From contig JAHCML010000005.1 of NCBI GenBank assembly GCA_019192455.1, positions 50,277-114,276 of the forward strand: a stretch of DNA of 64,000 bases, read 5' to 3'. Positions 1 through 7,503 of this stretch are shown here, one piece after another. Origin of the DNA: Alphaproteobacteria bacterium SS10 (lineage in GTDB: Bacteria; Pseudomonadota; Alphaproteobacteria; TMED2). Both the position numbers and the translations under genes were made by a program. Position 1 is the first letter of the stretch; every line of letters begins with the position of its first letter. A model generated the notes under the pieces. It made no database searches. It was not told the origin of the DNA and saw only the letters and a program-made list of their open reading frames with translations.

Positions 1-1
1 T

Positions 2-493
2 GACGGCGTTGGCAATGGGGGCTGCGGTGGCTCAAAGGTTCGGGAGGTAAAGCCGGTGGTCTGGCGCTTCTGGGAAGACAGCGCGCGGGTTGAGAAGGGC
101 CGGAAGGAGGTCGTCAAGACCACGCTGTTTCTTGCCAAGTGGCTAGTCCTCGCCTTCATCCTGGAAAGCCTGATGCTCGCCTATCTGCCTGCGGATCTGG
201 TCAGCCAAGCCGTTGGTGGCGAGGGCATTCAGCCAATCGCCATCGCGACTCTGGTGGGGGTGCCGGCCTATCTCAACGGCTATGCTGCCCTGCCACTGGT
301 CGGTGGCCTGATCGAGCAGGGCATGGCCCCCGGTGCCGGCCTCGCCTTCCTGGTGGCCGGCGGGGTCACCTCACTCCCAGCCGCCATCGCGGTCTGGGCG
401 CTGGTGAAGAAACACGTCTTCGCCCTCTATATCGCCCTGGCCCTGAGTGGCTCTCTTGTAAGCGGCATTCTGTTCCAGCTTTGGGTGGGTTAG
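2..493 (+). CDS. C-terminal part of a predicted permease (COG0701/ArsP_1-like); 5' end lies outside the window
   Basis: The frame is open from nt 2 with no upstream stop. The translation is TM-rich with the G/A/P-rich segment VGVPAYLNGYAALPLVGGLIEQGMAPGAGLAFLVAGGVTSLPA typical of this family. Motif recall only. Confidence 0.6.
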   Translation, partial: DGVGNGGCGGSKVREVKPVVWRFWEDSARVEKGRKEVVKTTLFLAKWLVLAFILESLMLAYLPADLVSQAVGGEGIQPIAIATLVGVPAYLNGYAALPLVGGLIEQGMAPGAGLAFLVAGGVTSLPAAIAVWALVKKHVFALYIALALSGSLVSGILFQLWVG

Positions 494-504
494 CGTGCAG
501 AGCG

Positions 505-1215
505 TTAGTCGATCAGCGAGAATACATCGTTGCTACCCTCTATCATGAAGCGGTCCACCTGTGTGCCATCCCAATGGAACCGATAGTGATCGCCTTGCCT
601 TGGCGGTGCAATAAGATCAGGCCAAAACAGACCAGCACATTCGCCACCCGGACATCTAACACTGTCGTAAACGATGCCGTTAAAGCCTTGCTGCCTTAGC
701 GTTGCACCAATTTTCTGTGGCAGATGGTAATCATCCGGTTTGTGAAACTCGTCCTTTCCGCGAAGGTCGACTAGGTCCGTATCTATTGCGCCGACCAATT
801 GCCTGAATTGGGCAGTCCAGCCAGGCTCCTCTTGGCTATCGGCCATGGCAAGGCCGTGATGGTAAGCGACTTCACGAATGGCCACCTCGTCGCTATTGCC
901 CGTGCTGTAAATCCCGAAGTTGCCATCGGTAAAGCGACCGGGTCGGTCGGTGCTACAATGTACGAATGGGGCCATTAGATAACTCGCGCCAGTACCGCCT
1001 ACTCGGCGTTCAGGGGGCACTAAATCGAGTCTACCAATACGCTCAACTAAGCGTGGATTGGTTTTGGCCTCTGCTGAGGCAATGGCATCCCAATCCTCGG
1101 GATCGGCGATATCTTCAAACAGATCAATCGGGGGATATATCGAATAGATAACCCGCACTGCGCGCGGCCAATTGACCTTGGTGATGGACTGCCCGTCGGC
1201 CCCAGCGCCGCTCAC
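505..1215 (-). CDS. RES domain toxin of an Xre/RES (ParST/MbcTA-type) type II TA module
   Basis: R-E-S signature in order: RPGRFTDG..., IREVAYHH, GIVYDSVRCPGG. There is a 4-nt ATGA overlap with the upstream antitoxin gene. Confidence 0.9.
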   Translation of the reverse strand: MSGAGADGQSITKVNWPRAVRVIYSIYPPIDLFEDIADPEDWDAIASAEAKTNPRLVERIGRLDLVPPERRVGGTGASYLMAPFVHCSTDRPGRFTDGNFGIYSTGNSDEVAIREVAYHHGLAMADSQEEPGWTAQFRQLVGAIDTDLVDLRGKDEFHKPDDYHLPQKIGATLRQQGFNGIVYDSVRCPGGECAGLFWPDLIAPPRQGDHYRFHWDGTQVDRFMIEGSNDVFSLID

Positions 1216-1625
1216 CAGCCGCCTCGTTCAGCATCAAGATATGTGCGAACGCGCATTAAAGAGAACATCGAGTTGCCCTCGGTCATAACCTCAAGCGGTG
1301 TGCGTCCCGAAAATGCCTTGTTGGGGCGCTTTACCCATCTATATCGGCGAACCCGGTCGCTAAACAAATATCCAAGACCTTTATGAATGCCCATTAAGAT
1401 GGATAATCTGGTGGCCAGATCCGCACTGATACGACCAATGCTTCCTGTCTTCCAGCGATTATACGTGCTGCTGCTTACGCCCCCCAAAAGTGCTCGCGCC
1501 TCGCTATCACTCAGTCCCCATTTGCTAAACAGGTTTAATGCGGCGCGGGCCATCGCCATGGCCTCACTATCGGTGATCTCAACCGCCGTTGGATCATGGG
1601 CTGTCTTGGTTCGTTCGATAAGCAT
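1212..1625 (-). CDS. Xre-family/DUF2384 antitoxin (MbcA/ParS-like)
   Basis: The C-terminal FSGRTPLEVMTEGNSMFSLMRVRTYLDAERGGW is typical of DUF2384 antitoxins. The internal ATG at 1625 is preceded by AGGAG, so the longer track ORF to 1718 is probably an overextension. Confidence 0.9.
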   Translation of the reverse strand: MLIERTKTAHDPTAVEITDSEAMAMARAALNLFSKWGLSDSEARALLGGVSSSTYNRWKTGSIGRISADLATRLSILMGIHKGLGYLFSDRVRRYRWVKRPNKAFSGRTPLEVMTEGNSMFSLMRVRTYLDAERGGW

Positions 1626-1645
1626 GGCATGGCTCCTATTGGTGT

Positions 1646-1674
1646 AATATAGGTATTTTTGTATCAAATGACAA
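1646..1674 (-). promoter_or_regulatory. sigma70-like promoter of the Xre/RES operon (-35 TTGTCA, 17-nt spacer, -10 TATATT)
   Basis: The minus strand reads TTGTCA-tttgatacaaaaatacc-TATATT, then acaccaatAGGAGccATG. Confidence 0.5.
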
Positions 1675-1690
1675 ATTCTGGACCAGCACA

Positions 1691-2461
1691 TTGCCGATAA
1701 AAGCGCCGCCGCGATCACGCTCGACGAAAGCAGCTGCTATTGGCCGGTCGCTGGATATCTACTACCGCGATGCGGATCGTATGGCGCGGATGGATCGGCT
1801 GAATGCCGCGTTCGTGCAGCCGGGGATGCTGGCTTTTGACCTGGGTGCCCATGTGGGGGATCGGACGGCTAGTTTTCTAAAGCTCGGCGCCTCGGTGGTG
1901 ACGGTGGAGCCGCAACCCTCGGTGTTTCGGGCGTTGCAATTACTCTATGGGCGCGAGCAGCGGGTTAGCCTCTATCAGGCCGCGGTGGGTGATGCGGTGG
2001 GGGAGATTGCCCTCCACCTGAATACGGCCAACCCGACCGTCTCAACCGTATCGCCCGATTTGATCACAGCCTCCGCCACGGCTGAACAATGGCAGGGGCA
2101 GGTTTGGGATCAGGTGATCAAGGTGCCGGTCATTACCATTGACCAGCTGATTGAGGCCCATGGCCGGCCCCACTTCATCAAGATTGATGTGGAGGGGTAT
2201 GAGCTGGCGGCGCTGTCTGGCCTTAGCCAACCCGTGCCAGCCCTATCCTTCGAGTTCACCACCATTCAACGGGATGTCGCCGCTGCCTGCATCGATCATC
2301 TGGATGGGTACATGTTCAACCTTAGTCTGGGCGAGGAGCACAAGCTTAGGCATGAGCAATGGATCGATGGTGCGGCGATGAAGGCCGAGATCATGGCGCT
2401 GCCCATCGCCGCCAACTCCGGCGACATCTATGCCAGATGGGCGGCTGGGGATCCCGGTTGA
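1691..2461 (+). CDS. FkbM family methyltransferase
   Basis: FDLGAHVGDRT SAM-binding loop and the IKIDVEGYELAAL motif characteristic of TIGR01444. The TTG start at 1691 is uncertain. Confidence 0.85.
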   Translation: MPIKAPPRSRSTKAAAIGRSLDIYYRDADRMARMDRLNAAFVQPGMLAFDLGAHVGDRTASFLKLGASVVTVEPQPSVFRALQLLYGREQRVSLYQAAVGDAVGEIALHLNTANPTVSTVSPDLITASATAEQWQGQVWDQVIKVPVITIDQLIEAHGRPHFIKIDVEGYELAALSGLSQPVPALSFEFTTIQRDVAAACIDHLDGYMFNLSLGEEHKLRHEQWIDGAAMKAEIMALPIAANSGDIYARWAAGDPG

Positions 2462-2480
2462 ACGGGACCCCCTGGGATCA

Positions 2481-3226
2481 TTAGGCGCCATATTTGCGTT
2501 TGAAGCCGTCGGTGACCTGGGCGATGAAGCTTGGGTCCTTCTCCCGCCAGTAACGGGGATCGCGGATCATGGTGTCCAGATCCGGGTTGCCGCTGGGGCC
2601 GGCACCCTGGGTGCGGGCGGCAATGGCGCCTGGGTTAATCGCCTCGCCGGGTTTACCACCGCTGGTCATCATCTGATACATGGCGATGATGCCTGCCTCG
2701 GTGGAGGAAAGCGCTTCAACCACAGGCTCTGGCATTTCCTTGCGCGCCCAGGCGAGGATCTGGCGGGAAATCTCACGCCACTTGGCCTCACCACCGAAAC
2801 GTTCGACCAGACGCTCGAGCTCACGCTCAGCCTGGAACTCGGCTGCCATCTCACGGATCAGCGGCAGGACGTATTCTGCGGCGAGGTCGTAGACGGTTTG
2901 CGCCTGGTCTGGGCTAAAACCCGCATCAAAGAGGCGTTGGTTGATATCCGGGTCCGGCTCAAACAGGCCGTTGGGCACGCTGATCGCGTAGTCGGTGGCG
3001 CTGGCCGGGGCCCGGGTCGGGCGGTTTCTGACAATTTGCGCTCAAGCTCCAGATAGGATTTGAGCAGGGCATCGACGCGGATTTCCTGGGTCTCAGGGTT
3101 CCAGAACTTGGCGGGTACGCCAGGTGGTGGGCCGCTTGGTGCCGCACTGTCTGGCTCGGGCAGCGCGGGGACTTGGGGTGCCGGTGGCAGGGTGTTGGGA
3201 AGCAGGGTCTCAGACATGGGGTTCAT
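2481..3226 (-). pseudogene. T7 gp9-like capsid assembly (scaffolding) protein, split over two frames (-1 offset)
   Basis: The N-terminal frame (3226 downward) reads VPAKFWNPETQEIRVDALLKSYLELERKLSE and then turns to nonsense. The C-terminal frame (open from the TGA at 3042-3044) reads ATDYAISVPNGLFEPD...DTMIRDPRYWREKDPSFIAQV. That tail resembles the T7 gp9 C-terminus MSDPRYRTDANYRRQVEQKV. Confidence 0.6.
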
Positions 3227-3228
3227 TC

Positions 3229-4890
3229 CTATGCTTGGCTTGGGGAAGCGGGGGTGATTGGGGTTGGTTGAGCTGGTGGGGTCGGCGCAGTTGGTGGCAC
3301 TGGTCGCTGAAGCCCGGCACGCTGCGCCGCAAGGGTGGTCAGATCGGCCTGCATTGAGGCGGGATCGCGCATCAGGTCAGGCGGCACACCTAAGGTCTTG
3401 CCGAGCCAACGGGCGGCGGCGGCGGTATCGATCACCGCCTGGCCTTGCGGGCCTAGGGCGCTGGCCGCCTCCAACCAGGTGAGGGTGGATTGCACGGCGC
3501 GTTGCGCCTGTGCCTGGGCCAGGGGTGATAGGTGGTCGAGGGTGACGAGGCGCCCGTCGATTGGGATATCCGCCACCTCGCCCCGGCTGCGCAGGATATC
3601 AACCGCGCGCAGGATTAGCGGGGTCAGCAACTCTGACTGCAGACGGCCATAGGTGGCGCCTAGGATGCGGGCCATCTCGGCTGACTGCTCCAGCACCTCC
3701 GTCGCTGTCATCCGCCTTGCATCCATGGCGGCCAGCCGGTCAATCAACAGGCCATGGCGAATGCGATTGCGTAGATCATCGAGGACGAGTTGGGAGACAT
3801 CAAACCGACCCGGCATATCGAGTGGCGATAGACCGGCGGAGCCGACTGCCTTTGGAATGATGGCACCTGGCACCAACTCAACCGTGGCGGGGTTTAGGAC
3901 GCCATCATCCTCCGCCTGCCAAATGCCGGTCACGGCGATGGAGGCGTTTTTGAGGATCAGCTCAACGACCTTATTCGCGGTCTTGATGTCCGGCAGGGAC
4001 TTCATGACCGGGGACCGGCCATAGATTTCACCAGGGGCCTTCAGCCAGCGGAAGTTGATAAACGGGCTTTCAGCCTGACGGCGGCTGGCCAGCAGCACGG
4101 GCCCGCCAGCCTCATCCTCTTCCAGGATTACCTCATGGCGATAGGCGGGGCCGTCGGGTGTCACCGCCTCAATCACCGCCGTGCGTGCTGTGCCAGCCTT
4201 ATCATCGGCGAGCACTTTGGGCAGCGGTTGGGTTGGGAAACGGGTGGTGAACTGCTCGGCCGTTAGCTCCAGCCGCCTAAAGGTGACGTCCAGGCGGCCG
4301 GTTGGCCCCTCTTCCAGAACCAAATCGGCAAGGGGTACGGCGGTAAAGCGGAAGGCGGACATCTCGCCCGGCTGCTCCGGCTCCAGCGCCAGGCAGGCGG
4401 TGCCGCCGGTGACCAGATCGAGATAGCATTGGTGCATCTCAACCGCGAAGTTTGAGCGATCGAAATGCGCCTGCAGTCGCTCTGAGATCTTTGAGAGGGC
4501 AGGGGCAATCCGCTCGCCTTCCTCAACCGGTAGGTCCGGGCCGGGCACGATGCCAAACCAGCGCGACCAGGGCGGCGTTAGATTGGCGAGCAGGCTGGCC
4601 GCCAGCTGATCGACCGCATCGGCGGCGGTGCCGTCATAGACGTCATCATGGAGGCGAGAGCCGGCGGATGATCCAGCGCCAAACTGCGCCCGCTGCGGCA
4701 GGGTGAGGTCATAGCATTCCTGCCAATGATCTTCCCAAGGCTGGCGCCGCTTTAGGGCAGCCTCAAACCTGGTTTTCAGCTGTTCGGCGCGGGCGAAATC
4801 ATCTTCCCCGCCATCTATTAGCATGAGGGGTGGCCCGGTATGGGCCGTGGCCTCTGTTAGTGGTGTGTCGAGCCGGTTCATCGCGCTCAC
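3229..4890 (-). CDS. Podovirus head-to-tail connector (portal) protein, T7 gp8 family
   Basis: 553 aa. The N-terminal AEQLKTRFEAALKRRQPWEDHWQECYDLTLPQR and overall composition match the Head-tail_con (PF12236) family by recall. It lies directly upstream of the scaffold gene. Confidence 0.85.
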   Translation of the reverse strand: MSAMNRLDTPLTEATAHTGPPLMLIDGGEDDFARAEQLKTRFEAALKRRQPWEDHWQECYDLTLPQRAQFGAGSSAGSRLHDDVYDGTAADAVDQLAASLLANLTPPWSRWFGIVPGPDLPVEEGERIAPALSKISERLQAHFDRSNFAVEMHQCYLDLVTGGTACLALEPEQPGEMSAFRFTAVPLADLVLEEGPTGRLDVTFRRLELTAEQFTTRFPTQPLPKVLADDKAGTARTAVIEAVTPDGPAYRHEVILEEDEAGGPVLLASRRQAESPFINFRWLKAPGEIYGRSPVMKSLPDIKTANKVVELILKNASIAVTGIWQAEDDGVLNPATVELVPGAIIPKAVGSAGLSPLDMPGRFDVSQLVLDDLRNRIRHGLLIDRLAAMDARRMTATEVLEQSAEMARILGATYGRLQSELLTPLILRAVDILRSRGEVADIPIDGRLVTLDHLSPLAQAQAQRAVQSTLTWLEAASALGPQGQAVIDTAAAARWLGKTLGVPPDLMRDPASMQADLTTLAAQRAGLQRPVPPTAPTPPAQPTPITPASPSQA

Positions 4891-5417
4891 TCCCCAAGCA
4901 GGGTTAGGCGCTGGGGCACCAGATCATTGAGGGTCAGCACACCGGTGGAGCCAGTGAGGATCGTGCCGAACCGGCTGCGACGCTGATCAAGGAGGTTGAT
5001 GATCTTGTCGGTGTCAGCGTCACCGCTGCCCTCACTACCCGTGCCACTATCGCTATTCGTGGCCGGGCTGGCCGGGGTACTGATCGGTGTTGAGACGGGG
5101 CTGGGGCTCGGTGATGCGCTAGGCGCCACCGTAGAGCCACCGCCGAAGCTGCTGCTAGAGGAGCCGCCACTAGTTGATGAGAGCTGCTGCAGGTTGTTGA
5201 GCCGGGTTTGTAAGTCCAGCTGTGGCAACCGGGGTAGGGCTGGCGGCGTTGGTGGCGGCAGTGGTGCCAAAACAGGGGCCGGTTGTGCCGGTGGGGTCGG
5301 CATAACGGGCGGCAGTGGCTCAAGTTGCGGGGTAACGGGTGGCAGCTGCGGCGCTGGTTCGGGCGCGATCAACTGGACGGGGTTAACCGGGCTGGATCGG
5401 GAAAATAGACTACCCAT
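4887..5417 (-). CDS. Pro/Ser-rich phage protein, possibly a gp7.3-like virion protein
   Basis: 4-nt overlap with the portal gene. Low-complexity P/S/G-rich body with a C-terminal RRSRFGTILTGSTGV motif reminiscent of small T7-group virion proteins (tentative). Confidence 0.55.
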   Translation of the reverse strand: MGSLFSRSSPVNPVQLIAPEPAPQLPPVTPQLEPLPPVMPTPPAQPAPVLAPLPPPTPPALPRLPQLDLQTRLNNLQQLSSTSGGSSSSSFGGGSTVAPSASPSPSPVSTPISTPASPATNSDSGTGSEGSGDADTDKIINLLDQRRSRFGTILTGSTGVLTLNDLVPQRLTLLGE

Positions 5418-5898
5418 GGTGGTGATCTCCTGACGCTAAGGCGGGGATGGGGGTTCGTGCTGGGTGCGGTGTCGGCAGAAGTGCCTGACCCGCTGAGATG
5501 CTGGCGTTCTGTTGGCGTTGCAGATGCCGGAACAGCTGGTAGGGGGTAACAATCAGCGGGTTATGCAGGCCAATTAGCCGTTTGACCGCCTCAACACAGG
5601 ACAGAATGGCGGGCGGTGCTTGCGAGGCTGGGCGGGTTACGTGCTCTGCCTCAATCACTGTCATCTGTGGGTTGGCGGCATAGAGCAGGGGCAGATCAAC
5701 ACTGCTCGACACATCCAGGGATTGGACCTCGAAATAGCCCGAGAGCGGCTCAAACACCGTCCAATGGCGTCCGTTATCGATCAGGGCGAAGCAGTGGCGG
5801 AAGCCCGGCTTGAGGATGCGCAGCCAGCGCAGCTCAGTCTCACCTGAGAACACGATGAAGATGCGTGGTTGCGGTTCCTGACTGCTGGCCGCGCTCAT
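5410..5898 (-). CDS. Hypothetical phage-remnant protein
   Basis: 162-aa ORF overlapping both neighbours by 4-8 nt. No motif recognised. Confidence 0.55.
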   Translation of the reverse strand: MSAASSQEPQPRIFIVFSGETELRWLRILKPGFRHCFALIDNGRHWTVFEPLSGYFEVQSLDVSSSVDLPLLYAANPQMTVIEAEHVTRPASQAPPAILSCVEAVKRLIGLHNPLIVTPYQLFRHLQRQQNASISAGQALLPTPHPARTPIPALASGDHHHG

Positions 5899-6323
5899 GG
5901 CACGATGCCCTTCATCCGCAGCATTGGTTCAATGCGCATCAGTGCCTCTTGCCAAAGGCCGTAAGCTTTACGCTCGCGATCCCGGCGTGGGTCTGGTGGG
6001 CTGCCCCGACGGCCGTAGAAGTTCAGGACGCGCAGATGGTCGGCAAACAGGCGGCGTTGTCGATACAGGCGATCAACCACCCGGAGGATGTCGAGGGGCT
6101 CGCAAGGGCGGGGTAGGCTGCCAGCACCGGCCACGATGCGGGCGCCGCTCTGCCGTGCCTCATAGGCGGCGATGAACCAGAACCATGCCTCCTCGGCATC
6201 GGTGAATTCCAGGGTCTCGGCACCCGTATAAGAAGATTTTGATAAGAACTTATTCTTATAAGTTGTATTGTCGTGTATTGACGGTTTAGAAGGGGTCTTA
6301 GGGGTAGAAAGTGCTGATGACAT
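5895..6323 (-). CDS. Hypothetical phage-remnant protein (143 aa), first gene of the leftward cluster
   Basis: The internal ATG at 6323 is preceded by GGAG. Conserved-looking core: EEAWFWFIAAYEARQ...LRVLNFYGRRGSPPDP. The track ORF extension to 6659 would overlap the divergent repressor gene. Confidence 0.55.
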   Translation of the reverse strand: MSSALSTPKTPSKPSIHDNTTYKNKFLSKSSYTGAETLEFTDAEEAWFWFIAAYEARQSGARIVAGAGSLPRPCEPLDILRVVDRLYRQRRLFADHLRVLNFYGRRGSPPDPRRDRERKAYGLWQEALMRIEPMLRMKGIVP

Positions 6324-6353
6324 ACGAGTAAGTCTCCAAATAGGAATAAATGC

Positions 6354-6382
6354 CTTATTGCAGCGCCTCTGCAACAAGTCAA
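6354..6382 (-). promoter_or_regulatory. Putative leftward promoter (-35 TTGACT, 17 nt, -10 AATAAG) with an embedded inverted repeat TTGCAG-N5-CTGCAA (6358-6374)
   Basis: Read directly from the AT-rich divergent region between the 6323 (-) and 6439 (+) starts. The palindrome occupies the spacer and -10. Confidence 0.4.
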
Positions 6383-6438
6383 CAAAAAAGGAAAATATGC
6401 CTATATGAAATTCCGTAGGCGTATGGGAAATTAAACCT

Positions 6439-7065
6439 ATGTTTACCCATGGAGATATTTGGCGCGGGATCGATCGCCTGGCACAAAGCCGGGGCATGAG
6501 CCCATCTGGCCTGGCTAAAAAGGCTGGGCTCGACCCAACCACGTTTAATAAGAGCAAGCGGACCACGGGATCAGGCAAAAGCCGTTGGCCATCAACGGAG
6601 AGCCTGTCGAAGATTTTGGAGGCGACCGGTGCCTCGCTAGCGGAGCTTGTTGGCCTCATCGAAGAGCGGCAACCGGCACGCAGCCAAATCCCGCTGATCG
6701 GCTTTGCAGAGGCCGGACAGCAAGGGTTTTTCGACGATGGCGGCTTCCCGGCGGGTGCTGGCTGGGACCTGGTTGAGGCCCCCAGTATCGATGATGAGCA
6801 CGCCTATGCGCTGGAGGTTAGCGGCCATAGTATGGAGCCCGCCTTTGGCCCTGGTGACATCCTGATCGTCTCACCTGGTGCTACGATCCGACGGGGTGAC
6901 CGGGTGGTAGTGAAGACGCAAGGTGGCGAGGTAATGGCCAAGGAGCTAGTCCGCCAGACGGCCACGAAGATCGAGCTGAAGAGCATCAACCCGGATCACG
7001 AAAACCCGGTTTTGGCCTTGAGTGATGTTGAGTGGATGGCGCGCATTCTGTGGGCTAGCCAATAG
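6439..7065 (+). CDS. CI/LexA-like repressor: XRE-type HTH plus S24 peptidase domain
   Basis: N-terminal HTH (MSPSGLAKKAGLDPTTFNKSKR). C-terminal S24 signature (EVSGHSMEP Ser nucleophile, VMAKEL Lys). Possible Ala-Gly self-cleavage site in FAEAGQQG. Confidence 0.85.
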   Translation: MFTHGDIWRGIDRLAQSRGMSPSGLAKKAGLDPTTFNKSKRTTGSGKSRWPSTESLSKILEATGASLAELVGLIEERQPARSQIPLIGFAEAGQQGFFDDGGFPAGAGWDLVEAPSIDDEHAYALEVSGHSMEPAFGPGDILIVSPGATIRRGDRVVVKTQGGEVMAKELVRQTATKIELKSINPDHENPVLALSDVEWMARILWASQ

Positions 7066-7081
7066 CTATCTCGGCACCTAA

Positions 7082-7110
7082 ATTGACAATATAAGAATAT
7101 AAACCTATTT
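7082..7110 (+). promoter_or_regulatory. Near-consensus sigma70-like promoter (TTGACA, 17 nt, TATTTT)
   Basis: TTGACA at 7082-7087, 17-nt spacer, TATTTT at 7105-7110. About 30 nt downstream lies GAGG-tttt-ATG. Confidence 0.45.
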
Positions 7111-7142
7111 TGCTGATGTTCTTCCAGCAAAAGCGAGGTTTT

Positions 7143-7424
7143 ATGTTCGAGATGCCCGATAACGGCCTGGACCCGCACCCGACAACCAGCCTGCTGCGTC
7201 GCCATGGTTCTGGTGATCAGGCGGAGCCCCTGATCCAACAGATCGGGGATCGAATGATCCGGCAAATCCACTATGCGATCTGCCAGCGCCGTCGGAAGAT
7301 GACGGCAGCCCGGGCCGGCAAGGACGACAAGCTGCGATCCCTATCTGGTGGCCTTCAACATTACGCATTGGAAGATCGGCGACACCGCAGCGGTACCGCA
7401 GAGTTGGTCGAAGCCGTCGTCTAG
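7143..7424 (+). CDS. Hypothetical small protein (93 aa)
   Basis: ATG at 7143 with a GAGG Shine-Dalgarno site and the promoter above. Third codon positions are mostly G/C by eye. No recognisable domain, and a competing antisense ORF exists. Confidence 0.4.
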   Translation: MFEMPDNGLDPHPTTSLLRRHGSGDQAEPLIQQIGDRMIRQIHYAICQRRRKMTAARAGKDDKLRSLSGGLQHYALEDRRHRSGTAELVEAVV

Positions 7425-7503
7425 GCTTTGCCGCTCTCTGTTCTTCGCGGTAGGTTGCGGCAACGATGATCTGCTCAACAAAAAGCAATAAGGGGAGACG
7501 GCG

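Larger units (their letters stand above)
2481..6323 (-). mobile_element. Truncated T7-like podophage remnant: three small genes, portal and scaffold; no capsid, tail or terminase genes
   Basis: Co-directional genes with 4-8 nt overlaps. gp8-like portal and gp9-like scaffold are in T7 order. The cluster ends abruptly at the oppositely oriented FkbM gene. Confidence 0.55.

Noticed and set aside
2481-4890. Gene transfer agent (RcGTA-like) cluster as the explanation for the portal gene.
   Set aside because: GTA clusters are HK97-like: terminase, portal, prohead protease, capsid. Here the portal is the podoviral gp8 type and is followed by a gp9-like scaffold. No protease or HK97 capsid is present.
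6324-6659. N-terminal extension of ORF 5895..6659 (254 aa).
   Set aside because: The extension would run through the AT-rich divergent promoter region and overlap the S24 repressor gene. The internal ATG at 6323 has a GGAG SD, and the conserved-looking sequence starts after it.
6439-7065. LexA itself.
   Set aside because: The N-terminus is an XRE/CI-type HTH rather than the LexA winged helix, and the protein faces a phage-remnant block. I therefore call it a CI-like S24 repressor.
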